DNA from: Flavobacterium sp.
Lineage (GTDB): Bacteria > Bacteroidota > Bacteroidia > Flavobacteriales > Flavobacteriaceae
Direction of reading: 5' to 3'
Assembly (NCBI GenBank): GCA_030591585.1
Contig: JAUVAS010000006.1
Span: forward strand, 1,714 to 65,713
DNA length: 64,000 nucleotides
In this document: one piece after another, positions 9,692-18,906 of the stretch
How positions within the stretch are numbered: the stretch's first letter is position 1
Layout: every line of letters begins with the position of its first letter
The notes under the pieces: generated by a model
Database searches by the model: none
What the model was told of the DNA's origin: nothing
The model's input: the letters and a program-made list of their open reading frames with translations, nothing else
Position numbers and translations under genes: made by a program

Positions 9692-10057
9692 CTAAAATTT
9701 TGGAATATAAATAATACAAGCAATAATTAAAGCTGCAATAGCTGTAAAAAACACGGCTCCTGCTGCGATGTCTTTTATATAACCAATTTTAGGATGTTGC
9801 GCTGGATGAATAAAATTGGCAATTTCTTCAATAGCAGTATTGAGCCCTTCGATCGCTAGGACTAAAGCAATGCTTATGGTTTGTAAAATCCATTCGGTAG
9901 AAGATATACTAAAATAAAAACCTGCTATTGTTATTAGTATCGCTATTGTTATTTGAATTTTAATACTTGCCTCATTTTTAACTAATAACAAAGCTCCTTT
10001 GATTGCATAACCAATACTTTTAATACGGTTTGTTAGAAAGGATTCTTTTTTAGTCAT
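9692..10057 (-). CDS. dgkA: Diacylglycerol kinase family protein (DgkA-type)
   Basis: 121 aa with three hydrophobic helices. The EGLNTAIEEI motif resembles the prokaryotic DAGK E-x-x-N-[ST]-A-I-E signature. Confidence 0.75.
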   Translation of the reverse strand: MTKKESFLTNRIKSIGYAIKGALLLVKNEASIKIQITIAILITIAGFYFSISSTEWILQTISIALVLAIEGLNTAIEEIANFIHPAQHPKIGYIKDIAAGAVFFTAIAALIIACIIYIPKF

Positions 10058-10074
10058 GTTTTGATTTTATGATT

Positions 10075-10082
10075 CAAAAATA
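10075..10082 (-). promoter_or_regulatory. Candidate -7 promoter box for dgkA
   Basis: The minus strand reads TATTTTTG, 18 nt upstream of ATG 10057. Confidence 0.4.
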
Positions 10083-10090
10083 GAAAAAAA

Positions 10091-10113
10091 AGGCTACCTA
10101 TTTTAGGTAGCCT
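10091..10113 (-). terminator. Rho-independent terminator downstream of tpx
   Basis: Perfect 10-bp stem aggctaccta/taggtagcct with a 3-nt loop. On the minus strand it is followed by a T8 run. Confidence 0.8.
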
Positions 10114-10178
10114 TTAAATTGTTATAAGAGCCTATTGTAAAAACAATGATTCTGTTTTCTATATTTTATTAGAAATCT

Positions 10179-10679
10179 TTATTTTAAAGCTTCTAAGGCA
10201 GCATCGTAATTAGGTTCGTTAGCTGTTTCTGAAACTTGTTCTGTATAAAGAATGGTTCCGTTTTCATCTAAAACGACCACCGATCTAGAAAGTAAAGCAT
10301 CTAAAGGGCCATTTGTAAATAACACACCATACTCTTTTCCAAATTGTCCGTTTTTATAATCTGAAAGGTTAATTACATTTTCTAATCCTTCAGCTCCACA
10401 AAAACGTCCTTGAGCAAATGGTAAGTCTCTAGAAATACATAATACTTTTGTGTTTTCTAAACCTGAAGCTAATTTGTTAAATTGCCTAACTGAAGCAGCA
10501 CATGTTCCCGTATCTAAACTTGGGAAAATATTTAAGACTATTTTACTTCCAGAAAAATCTTCTAATGTTTTAGTAGAAAGATCTCCAGCTGTTAATGAAA
10601 AATTTGGAGATTTATCGCCTACTGCTGGTAATTCTCCAGATGTTTGAAAAGGATTGCCTTTTAATGTTACTGTTGCCAT
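10179..10679 (-). CDS. tpx: Thiol peroxidase (Tpx, atypical 2-Cys peroxiredoxin)
   Basis: 166 aa. FPSLDTGTCA (peroxidatic Cys) and CISRDLPFAQGRFCGAEG are typical Tpx blocks. Confidence 0.9.
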   Translation of the reverse strand: MATVTLKGNPFQTSGELPAVGDKSPNFSLTAGDLSTKTLEDFSGSKIVLNIFPSLDTGTCAASVRQFNKLASGLENTKVLCISRDLPFAQGRFCGAEGLENVINLSDYKNGQFGKEYGVLFTNGPLDALLSRSVVVLDENGTILYTEQVSETANEPNYDAALEALK

Positions 10680-10698
10680 TTTTTATATGTTTTATTTG

Positions 10699-11337
10699 TT
10701 AATGTGAAGCTAAATACTCAGCAGTATCTTTTGCATTAGGTTTCATTGCATCATCACCTTCTTTCCAGTTTGCAGGACAAACTTCACCTACTGTTTGAAC
10801 ATGTGTGTATGCATCAATAAGGCGTAAATATTCGTTTACATTTCTTCCTAAAGGCATATCGTTTACACTTTCATGGAAAATTTTTCCTTCTTCGTCAATA
10901 AGGTAAGTAGCTCTATAAGTTACATTACTTCCTTCAATTTGGATAGTGTCGGTTTCTTCATCGTATACTTCATTAGCGATATCTAAAATCCCTAATACAC
11001 TAGATAAATTACGTGTAGTATCTGCAAGTAGAGGATACGTAACTCCTTCAATCCCTCCATTATCTTTAGCAGTGCTTAACCAAGCAAAATGTACTTGAGC
11101 AGAATCGCAAGAGGCTCCAATAACTAGGGTGTTTCTTTTTTCGAATTCCCCTAATGCTGCTTGAAACGCATGTAGCTCTGTTGGGCAAACAAATGTGAAG
11201 TCTTTTGGGTACCAAAACAAGACTACTTTTTTCTTGTTGTTCACCGCTTCGTCTAAAACGTTTACATTTGATGATTCTCCCTTACTATTCATAGCTTCTA
11301 TGGTGATGTTTGGGAATTTTTTTCCTACTAATGACAT
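10699..11337 (-). CDS. Peroxiredoxin (AhpC/Prx1 subfamily)
   Basis: FWYPKDFTFVCPTE active-site block and a C-terminal VCPANW resolving-Cys block. It lies 19 nt upstream of tpx and is likely co-transcribed. Confidence 0.9.
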   Translation of the reverse strand: MSLVGKKFPNITIEAMNSKGESSNVNVLDEAVNNKKKVVLFWYPKDFTFVCPTELHAFQAALGEFEKRNTLVIGASCDSAQVHFAWLSTAKDNGGIEGVTYPLLADTTRNLSSVLGILDIANEVYDEETDTIQIEGSNVTYRATYLIDEEGKIFHESVNDMPLGRNVNEYLRLIDAYTHVQTVGEVCPANWKEGDDAMKPNAKDTAEYLASH

Positions 11338-11371
11338 AATTTTATTTTTAGATTATTAAATTTCTATGATA

Positions 11372-11379
11372 CAAAAATA
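11372..11379 (-). promoter_or_regulatory. Candidate -7 promoter box for the peroxiredoxin-tpx pair
   Basis: The minus strand reads TATTTTTG, 35 nt upstream of ATG 11337. A second identical match lies at 11403-11410. Confidence 0.4.
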
Positions 11380-11474
11380 CGATACAAACAGAGGTTTTTA
11401 CTCAAAAATAATTTTAATTTTTTATTGAGCTATAGAGAAATGCTATAGGCAGTTATTTTTGAAATAAGTAAAAT

Positions 11475-12962
11475 TTATTCTGAAATAGTAACAGCTTCTT
11501 TTTTTACTAATTGCTTTATTTTAATGTTTAATGCAGCAAATAATAAAGTGGTAAAAGGACTCATCCAATTAAAGAATGCATACATAAAATATTCGCCTAC
11601 TCCTACGCCTAATACTCCACTTTGATAAGCTCCACAGGTATTCCAGGGGATTAATACAGAGGTTACTGTTCCTGCATCTTCTAATGTTCTGCTTAAGTTT
11701 TCGGGAGCAAGCCCTCGGTCTTCAAAAGCATTTTTAAACATTTTCCCAGGAATTACAATCGCTAAATATTGGTCACTTGCTATAATATTTAAACCCAAAC
11801 AACTAAAAACAGTACTGGCAAATAAGCCAAAAACAGTATGTGCCATTTTTAATAAGGCTTTGGTAATTCTTGCTAATGCTCCAATGGCGTCCATAATACC
11901 TCCAAAGACCATAGCACAAATTATTAAGAAAATAGTCCAGAGCATGCCTTTCATTCCTCCAGAACTAAATAGGTCGTTTAGTTTTTCATTATCGGTTACA
12001 ATTTGAATATCTGTAAAAATAGAATTGAAAATGGCAGTAATATTTGAAGAAGAAAGATTACCTAATACTTCTTGTTGAAATATAAAAGCGAAAACAATAG
12101 CTAGTAATACACCAGATCCTAATGCAATTAGTGGTTTTGTCTTAAATAATATTAATGCGATAACAGCTAGCGGTACAATAAATAAATAAGGGGTAATATT
12201 AAATGTATTGTCTATAGAATTTAGTAAACCACTTACGTCAGCAGATCCCGTTGTATCAATATTCATACTTATAATACTAAAAATGATTAGTGTAATTATT
12301 ATAGTAGGTATTGTGGTAATTGCCATATACCTAATATGGGTAAATAAATCGGTTCCTGCCATAGCAGGAGCAAGGTTGGTAGTATCACTCAATGGCGACA
12401 TCTTGTCTCCAAAATAAGCGCCAGATATTACGGCTCCTGCGACCATTCCTAAATTAATTCCTAAGGCTTCTCCAATTCCTATTAGTGCAATTCCTACGGT
12501 GGCAGAAGTGGTCCAAGAACTTCCGGTTGCAATAGAAATAAGAGCCGCAATTATTACACAAGCTGGTAAAAATATCGAAGGACTTAATACTTGTAATCCG
12601 TAATAAACCATAGCGGGTATTACACCACTAATTAGCCATGTTCCAGCAAGTGCACCAACGAGAAAAAGAATCATTATGGGTACAAATACACTTCTTAGGT
12701 TTTCCCATATTTCAGCAATCATGGTTTTTATTCCTACTTTATTTCTAAAGCCTACTATAGTGGCGATACCTCCACCAATCAATAAAATAAACTGATTTGA
12801 ATAATCGCCTAATGCTACTCCGTCTGCAAAAAAGATATTGTAAGCAAGCATTGTCATTAATAAAATAACAGGGATTAAAGCTTCTCTGAAGGATAATTCT
12901 ACATTTTCAATAATGTGTTGACCGTCAACTTTTAATTCGGAAAGGTTTTTATTCTCTTGCAT
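11475..12962 (-). CDS. nhaC: Na+/H+ antiporter NhaC family protein
   Basis: Polytopic membrane protein with GSSWTTSATVGIALIGIG and GAYFGDKMSPLSDTTNLA blocks typical of NhaC. Start set at ATG 12962 (MQENKN...); the ORF-track start at 13013 is a TTG. Confidence 0.8.
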   Translation of the reverse strand: MQENKNLSELKVDGQHIIENVELSFREALIPVILLMTMLAYNIFFADGVALGDYSNQFILLIGGGIATIVGFRNKVGIKTMIAEIWENLRSVFVPIMILFLVGALAGTWLISGVIPAMVYYGLQVLSPSIFLPACVIIAALISIATGSSWTTSATVGIALIGIGEALGINLGMVAGAVISGAYFGDKMSPLSDTTNLAPAMAGTDLFTHIRYMAITTIPTIIITLIIFSIISMNIDTTGSADVSGLLNSIDNTFNITPYLFIVPLAVIALILFKTKPLIALGSGVLLAIVFAFIFQQEVLGNLSSSNITAIFNSIFTDIQIVTDNEKLNDLFSSGGMKGMLWTIFLIICAMVFGGIMDAIGALARITKALLKMAHTVFGLFASTVFSCLGLNIIASDQYLAIVIPGKMFKNAFEDRGLAPENLSRTLEDAGTVTSVLIPWNTCGAYQSGVLGVGVGEYFMYAFFNWMSPFTTLLFAALNIKIKQLVKKEAVTISE

Positions 12963-13063
12963 ACAATTTGTTTTTAGGATTGTAATGTTACGATTTTGAG
13001 TAGTTATTTGCAAATGTTAATATTGTAGGGATTTTCATATTTATGGGTAAAATATATTTTATT

Positions 13064-13071
13064 TATATTTG
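13064..13071 (+). promoter_or_regulatory. Candidate -7 promoter box for the tail-fiber-domain gene
   Basis: TATATTTG matches TAnnTTTG and ends 43 nt before ATG 13114. Confidence 0.45.
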
Positions 13072-13113
13072 CCCTCCCGGTCATTTTACAGCTTACTTTA
13101 TAACTAACCAATT

Positions 13114-15300
13114 ATGAAAAAAACCATTATTTTTACAGGACTTCTATTCGCTTTTTTTACAACAATTGCACAAGTAGGAATAGGGACTGTCACACCAGAA
13201 GCATCATCTCAACTTGATATTACAGCAACAGATAAGGGAATTTTGATTCCTAGAATGACGGAGGTACAGCGCGATGCTATTTCTTTACCCGCAACTAGTT
13301 TATTAATTTATCAGACAGATAATACGTCGGGGTATTATTACTATAATGGTAGTGCTTGGATTTCGTTTAAAGGGGTTGAAAAAATAGATGATTTAATAGA
13401 TGGTAAATCTGACAGTGATGGCTCACAAGATGGATCTTCTGTTTTTTTAGGAATTGACGCAGGCCTAAATGATGACAGTACTAATAATATGAACGTTGGT
13501 GTTGGGTTCAATTCACTAAAATCTAATACAACTGGATATTATAATACTGCTAATGGATATGCTTCACTTTATACTAATGTTGGGGGAAGTAATAATACTG
13601 CTAATGGAACCTTTTCTTTAAGTTTTAATACCGGAGGAAGTGGTAATACCGCTATTGGAATGAACGCACTTTATAATAACACATTGGGAGATGGTAATAC
13701 TGCTAATGGAGGCGGATCACTTTATACCAATACGGAAGGTATTAATAATACAGCCAATGGAGTTAATTCTCTTCATTTTAATGCATTGGGAGACTACAAT
13801 ACTGCTTTAGGATATCAAGCAGGGCTTTTAAGTGTAGGAGATAGTAACGTGTTTTTGGGACACCAAGCAGGTTATAACGAAACGGGGAGCAACAAACTAT
13901 ATATTGAAAACATAGCCACCACAGCAGATAATGCATTAATTTATGGTGAATTTGGTGTAGACAACACAACTACGGGTAATATATTACGTACTAATTCTCA
14001 ATTTCAAATTGGTAACCCAACGGTTTCAGGCTATGCTTTTCCAACCATTGACGGTACATCAAATCAAGTCTTATCTACAGATGGTTCAGGAACTATGAGT
14101 TGGGTTACACCAACAGATGCTGATGTCACTGAGGTATTAGCAGGAGATGGACTTATTAATGGAGGTGCTTCAGGTGCGATTACTTTAGATGTAGTAGCTA
14201 CTAATGGTCTTACTGATACTGCAGATGATATTAGGTTAGGCGGAACGTTAACAGAAAATACAACGTTTAGCCAAGGAGCTTATGGTATGACTTTTAATTT
14301 AAATAGCACCGGAGATTTTAAAATACAAGATGTTGGCGTAACTCAGTTTGAAATTGCAGATACTGGAATATCTTATTTTGGAAATGATACCTATTGGAAA
14401 GATGCTAATACCTCAGGCACAGTTTTAGCAAGAATATATGACAATGTAGATGACGGTCAGTTTGACCTTTATTCAAATGGATTAGTTCAACATAAGTTAA
14501 ATACAGTAGGAACAACAGTCTTTAATGAACAAGGATTTGCAGTTGATTTCCGAGTAGAATCTAATGGCAATGCCAATATGTTTTTTGTTGATGCTAGTAC
14601 AAATAGAGTCGGGATTGGAACATTAGTACCAGTATCTCGTTTTCATGTAAGTGGAGGTAGAGTTGAATTTACCAATACTACTGATGCAACTGGAACTGCT
14701 GGATCTGGTGTATTGGAGATAGGAAATTCATTACGACTTGATGGAAACGAGATAATAACCAACACGAATTCAATATTATCTATTCAAGCAGATAATAATG
14801 GGGACCTTCGGGTAGACACAAATACTCTTGTTGTAGATGCTAGTGCCAATAGAGTAGGTATTGGAACTACTTTTCCAGCATATCAATTAACCTTAACAAC
14901 AAATTCAGCTGCGAAGCCAACTTCTAGTGCATGGACCATAGCTTCAGATGAGCGTTTAAAAACTAATGTTAAGCCATTTACTGAGGGATTGTCATTGATA
15001 AACAAAATAAATCCAGTTTGGTTTACTTATAATGGTAAAGCAGGAATGCCTAATGAAACTGGAGTTGGTACTTTAGCGCAAGAATTCCAAAAAATCGCAC
15101 CCTATATGGTGAAGCCCTGGGAGTATAATAATGAAAAAGGTGTTTCAGAAACTTATTTAGGAATAGACTATGGTCCATTAACTTTTGTAATAGTTAATGC
15201 CATTCAAGAACAACAACAAGAAATAGAAGAACTAAAAGAACAATTGGAAAGTCAACAAAAAGAAATTGATGCTATTAAAGCAATGTTAAGCAAACAATAG
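13114..15300 (+). CDS. Exported tail-fiber-domain protein with C-terminal peptidase S74 intramolecular-chaperone domain
   Basis: Signal peptide; N-terminal VGIGT...KGILIPRMT...YYYNGSAW module; about ten NTANG-type roughly 14-residue repeats; repeated NRVGIGT segments. The C-terminal SSAWTIASDERLKTNV...YLGIDYG followed by a coiled coil matches the endosialidase-chaperone (S74) autoprocessing domain. Confidence 0.8.
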   Translation: MKKTIIFTGLLFAFFTTIAQVGIGTVTPEASSQLDITATDKGILIPRMTEVQRDAISLPATSLLIYQTDNTSGYYYYNGSAWISFKGVEKIDDLIDGKSDSDGSQDGSSVFLGIDAGLNDDSTNNMNVGVGFNSLKSNTTGYYNTANGYASLYTNVGGSNNTANGTFSLSFNTGGSGNTAIGMNALYNNTLGDGNTANGGGSLYTNTEGINNTANGVNSLHFNALGDYNTALGYQAGLLSVGDSNVFLGHQAGYNETGSNKLYIENIATTADNALIYGEFGVDNTTTGNILRTNSQFQIGNPTVSGYAFPTIDGTSNQVLSTDGSGTMSWVTPTDADVTEVLAGDGLINGGASGAITLDVVATNGLTDTADDIRLGGTLTENTTFSQGAYGMTFNLNSTGDFKIQDVGVTQFEIADTGISYFGNDTYWKDANTSGTVLARIYDNVDDGQFDLYSNGLVQHKLNTVGTTVFNEQGFAVDFRVESNGNANMFFVDASTNRVGIGTLVPVSRFHVSGGRVEFTNTTDATGTAGSGVLEIGNSLRLDGNEIITNTNSILSIQADNNGDLRVDTNTLVVDASANRVGIGTTFPAYQLTLTTNSAAKPTSSAWTIASDERLKTNVKPFTEGLSLINKINPVWFTYNGKAGMPNETGVGTLAQEFQKIAPYMVKPWEYNNEKGVSETYLGIDYGPLTFVIVNAIQEQQQEIEELKEQLESQQKEIDAIKAMLSKQ

Positions 15301-15326
15301 TGTTATTAGTTTCACATACAAAAAAA

Positions 15327-15346
15327 GGCTGTCTAATTAGACCGCC
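15327..15346. terminator. Bidirectional terminator between convergent genes
   Basis: aaaaaaGGCTGTCTAattAGACCGCCtttttt: imperfect hairpin flanked by an A-run and a T-run, between the stops at 15300 (+) and 15376 (-). Confidence 0.65.
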
Positions 15347-15375
15347 TTTTTTAATTTATTAATGGTTTTTGAGGT

Positions 15376-16599
15376 TTATAAAGTCTCTTGTGGCTCAGAT
15401 TCTAATATACCCACCTTATTCATGCATCTACGCATCATTCTAAAAGTACGTTCAATATCATTATCCAATCCAATAGAAAAACGAACTAATCCATCGCTAA
15501 GTCCCATTTCTTTTTGTTCGTCTTCAGGAATCTCTGATGAAGTAGAAGTGCCTGGAGCAGAGAATAAAGTCTTGTAAAACCCTAAGCTTACTGCTAAATA
15601 GCCTAAATTTTCTTTTTGCATTAATTCCATTAACGCATTTGCTTTTTCTAATGAACCGAAATCAACAGTTAATAAACCACCAAACCCATATTCTTCATTG
15701 ATCATAGTTTTAAATAACTCATGAGATGGGTGAGAAGGGAGTCCTGGGTAAACTGTTTTTAAGCCTAAATCTTCAAACTTTTCAGCTAGATAAGCTGCAT
15801 TTTTACTATGCTGTTTAATACGAATGTGCAGTGTTCGCATATTCTTTAAAATTGAAGCAGAACGCAAACTATCCATTGAAGGTCCTAACAACATGGCAGA
15901 ACCATCTATAACACTTCGCATAGCATCAATTAGTTCTTGAGAGCCACAAACTACCCCACCCATAGTGTCATTAGTTCCGTTGATGAATTTTGTTAAACTG
16001 TGTAAAACAACATCTGCTCCCAATTCTATAGGAGAGATTGACATAGGTGAGAAAGTATTATCTACTAATAACTGTAGCCCGTGTTTTTTTGCAAGTTTTG
16101 CTAATCCTCTAATGTCAGCAACTTCTAATAAAGGATTACTTACAGCTTCACAGTATATGATTTTTGTATTCTCATTAATAGCCGCCTCAACTGCATCAAG
16201 GCTTGTAATATTAACAAAACTAGTATTTACATTAAATCTTGGAGCAAAGTTTTTTAAGAATGCATAAGTTCCGCCATAGATAGTTCTACTAGAAACAATA
16301 TGATCACCAGCACCACAAAAATGTAAGATAGTGGCAGTTATTGCTCCCATACCAGAACCAGCAACATTTGCAGTTTCTGTACCTTCCATAGCAGCAAGAG
16401 CTTCTCCTAAATATAAATTACTTGGTGAAGTATGTCTTGAATATAAATAGCATCCGTCTGCCTGACCTTCAAAAGTATCAAGCATTGTTTTTGCTGAAAG
16501 AAATGTATAAGTTGCAGAATCTGAAATAGATGGATTTACACCACCAAATTCGCCAAAATATTGTAAATCTTGAATCTTATTTGCGGGCCTGAATTTCAT
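15376..16599 (-). CDS. Cys/Met-metabolism PLP-dependent enzyme (methionine gamma-lyase / O-acetylhomoserine sulfhydrylase family)
   Basis: YSRHTSPSN, GMGAI and the PLP-lysine block VLHSLTKFINGTNDTMGG are present. Start set at ATG 16599 (MKFRPANK...) because a -7 box lies inside the longer ORF-track extension. Confidence 0.8.
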   Translation of the reverse strand: MKFRPANKIQDLQYFGEFGGVNPSISDSATYTFLSAKTMLDTFEGQADGCYLYSRHTSPSNLYLGEALAAMEGTETANVAGSGMGAITATILHFCGAGDHIVSSRTIYGGTYAFLKNFAPRFNVNTSFVNITSLDAVEAAINENTKIIYCEAVSNPLLEVADIRGLAKLAKKHGLQLLVDNTFSPMSISPIELGADVVLHSLTKFINGTNDTMGGVVCGSQELIDAMRSVIDGSAMLLGPSMDSLRSASILKNMRTLHIRIKQHSKNAAYLAEKFEDLGLKTVYPGLPSHPSHELFKTMINEEYGFGGLLTVDFGSLEKANALMELMQKENLGYLAVSLGFYKTLFSAPGTSTSSEIPEDEQKEMGLSDGLVRFSIGLDNDIERTFRMMRRCMNKVGILESEPQETL

Positions 16600-16622
16600 A
16601 TTAATAGTTTTTGAATTAGACA

Positions 16623-16630
16623 CAAATTTA
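16623..16630 (-). promoter_or_regulatory. Candidate -7 promoter box for the gamma-lyase-family gene
   Basis: The minus strand reads TAAATTTG, 24 nt upstream of ATG 16599. Confidence 0.45.
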
Positions 16631-16760
16631 CAATTCAATAGTTTATTAATCAACTATATTGATTGTATTGAGAATATAAAACTATCAAAATCAAATAAAC
16701 AAGAAAATAATTCTTAATTTTAATTAAATCTTAGTATTTTTCAGAAAAATATTCAGAAAA

Positions 16761-17222
16761 ATGAAACTAGATGCTACCGATAGGAAACTGTTAAATTACC
16801 TTCAAGAAAATTGCAAACAGACCAATAAAGAATTGTCTTCAAAATTAAACTTATCTGTTACGGCAGTCTATGAACGTATAAAAAAACTAGAAAGAGAAGG
16901 GGTTATAAAACAACATGTTAGTATCTTAAACAAAGAGAAGGTGGATATGGGGTTTTTGGTGTTTTGTCAAATTAAGTTAGTGCAACACGCCAAAGAATAC
17001 CTGACCAAATTTGAAAAAGAAGTAACAAAACTGGATGAGGTGTTGGAATGTTTTCACGTTAGTGGCGACTATGATTATCTACTAAAAGTAATTGTAAAAG
17101 ATATGCCACATTTTAGATCCTTTATGGTAACAAAATTAACAACCTTAAAGCATATTGGTAGTACGCATACTTCCTTTACAATTAGTGAAGTAAAGAATAC
17201 TACTACGATACCTTTGATTTAA
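16761..17222 (+). CDS. Lrp/AsnC family transcriptional regulator
   Basis: 153 aa. N-terminal HTH LDATDRKLLNYLQENCKQTNKELSSKLNLSVTAVYERIKKLEREGVI plus a C-terminal RAM/AsnC_trans_reg-like half. Divergent from the PLP enzyme gene. Confidence 0.9.
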   Translation: MKLDATDRKLLNYLQENCKQTNKELSSKLNLSVTAVYERIKKLEREGVIKQHVSILNKEKVDMGFLVFCQIKLVQHAKEYLTKFEKEVTKLDEVLECFHVSGDYDYLLKVIVKDMPHFRSFMVTKLTTLKHIGSTHTSFTISEVKNTTTIPLI

Positions 17223-17233
17223 GGATATAAAGT

Positions 17234-18790
17234 TTACAACCCTTTAACTGCCGACTCAGCACAGCGTTCTCCGTCCATAGCAGCAGAAACAATCCCGCCT
17301 GCATAACCACCACCTTCACCACAAGGAAACAACCCTTCAATTTCGGGATGTTCTAAATTTTCATTTCTGGGAATAGTAATAGGGGAAGAAGTACGAGATT
17401 CTACTCCAACAACATTTGCTTCGGAAGTATAAAATCCTTTCATTTTTATTCCGAATTGTTTAAAACCTGTTCGTAATTTACCGCCAATTAACTTCGGAAG
17501 CAAGGAGTGAAGCGGAGCCGATTTTAAACCAGGCTGATAAGAAGTAGGATTTAGGTCTAAAGACATGTTGCCTTCCACAAAATCTGTTAATCGTTGTGCG
17601 GGTGCTGTTTGTGTTCTTCCGCCAGAAGTCCACGCTAATTTCTCTAAAGATTTTTGATATTCCAACCCTTTTAAAGGACCGTATTTTTCAAATTTAGGAA
17701 GGTCTTTATGTACATCAATCTCTACTACAATCCCAGAATTTGCATAGGGAGTATTCCGTTTAGAAGGTGACATTCCATTGACAACAATCTCACCATTTTC
17801 CGTTGCTGCTGGGACTATAAATCCGCCAGGGCACATGCAAAATGAATACACTCCACGACCTTTTACTTGATTTACCAAACTATACGAAGCAGCCGGAAGT
17901 AAGGGATCTCTCTCAGTTTCGCAATGATATTGAATAGAATCAATTATATGTTGCGGATGCTCTACCCGAACACCCATTGCAAAAGATTTAGCAATTAAGG
18001 AAGCTTCTTTTTTATGAAGTAAATAGTAGATGTCTCTTGCCGAATGTCCTGTTGCTAAAATCACTCGATTAACAATCATTTCATTCCCATTTTGTAATTG
18101 GATAGATTTAATCGTATTATTTTTAATTACAAAATCGACTACTCGAGTTTCAAAATGAATTTCTCCTCCGTGTTTCAAAATAGTTTCTCGAATATTTATC
18201 ACCACTTTCGGAAGTTTATTGGTGCCAATATGCGGATGGGCATCTATAAGAATTTGCTCTGTAGCTCCGTGATATACTAAGTTTTCAAAAATACGTCGAA
18301 CGTCACCTCGCTTTAAACTTCGGGTATATAGTTTCCCGTCAGAATAGGTTCCAGCACCCCCTTCACCAAAGCAATAATTAGAATCTTCATTCACAAAATG
18401 ATCTTGGTTAATGGCTTTTAAATCTTTTCTGCGGTCTTGAACATTTTTTCCTCGCTCTAAAACAATGGGTTTGAAACCTAACTCAATACAACGCAGCGCA
18501 GCATACATTCCTGCGGGTCCAAAGCCAATAATGTGAATTTCTTTGGCAGACGAAACATCTTTATAAGGAAAGGAATACAAAGAAGATGCAGGCATTTTTT
18601 CACGAATATAAACCGCAACTTTGTAATTAAAAATAATAGCAGCTTTTCTGGCATCGATAGATTTCCGAAGAACTTTTACCCCAGTAATATCTTTTATATC
18701 AATTCTTAAAACCCGAGCAGCTTTTGTTTTTAAAATGTCTGTTAGGTTTTCTTCTTTAAGTTTAATACGTAGCTGAATCTCTTTAATCAT
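17234..18790 (-). CDS. NAD(P)/FAD-dependent oxidoreductase (COG2509-like)
   Basis: 518 aa with dinucleotide-binding IIGFGPAGMYAA and a C-terminal PCGEGGGYAGGIVSAAMDG block typical of this uncharacterised FAD-dependent dehydrogenase family. Confidence 0.75.
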   Translation of the reverse strand: MIKEIQLRIKLKEENLTDILKTKAARVLRIDIKDITGVKVLRKSIDARKAAIIFNYKVAVYIREKMPASSLYSFPYKDVSSAKEIHIIGFGPAGMYAALRCIELGFKPIVLERGKNVQDRRKDLKAINQDHFVNEDSNYCFGEGGAGTYSDGKLYTRSLKRGDVRRIFENLVYHGATEQILIDAHPHIGTNKLPKVVINIRETILKHGGEIHFETRVVDFVIKNNTIKSIQLQNGNEMIVNRVILATGHSARDIYYLLHKKEASLIAKSFAMGVRVEHPQHIIDSIQYHCETERDPLLPAASYSLVNQVKGRGVYSFCMCPGGFIVPAATENGEIVVNGMSPSKRNTPYANSGIVVEIDVHKDLPKFEKYGPLKGLEYQKSLEKLAWTSGGRTQTAPAQRLTDFVEGNMSLDLNPTSYQPGLKSAPLHSLLPKLIGGKLRTGFKQFGIKMKGFYTSEANVVGVESRTSSPITIPRNENLEHPEIEGLFPCGEGGGYAGGIVSAAMDGERCAESAVKGL

Positions 18791-18875
18791 GATTGCAAAA
18801 TTAACTAAATTTTAGAGAGAATTGAATTTTAATAAATCTTCACATTCTAAAATCGTAAATCGGGCTATAAAATTT

Positions 18876-18883
18876 TATATTTG
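18876..18883 (+). promoter_or_regulatory. Candidate -7 promoter box for lpd
   Basis: TATATTTG ends 24 nt before ATG 18907. Confidence 0.45.
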
Positions 18884-18906
18884 CCCACGTTAAAAATGAA
18901 AAGATT

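Noticed and set aside
13114-15300. Possible prophage or tailocin remnant, because of the tail-fiber / S74 chaperone domain.
   Set aside because: No other phage-type gene occurs within the flanking tens of kb, and the protein has a Sec signal peptide and its own promoter and terminator. It is treated as a cellular surface protein, with the caveat stated in the finding.
16600-16653. N-terminal extensions given by the ORF track at 16600-16653, 12963-13013, 23626-23682, 27207-27227, 52234-52263 and 53696-53740.
   Set aside because: Four of the six (13013, 23626, 27207, 53696) begin at TTG. In three cases they overlap or lie upstream of an exact TAnnTTTG box. In three they precede an ATG that yields a canonical N-terminus or signal peptide. 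The shorter ATG starts are preferred.
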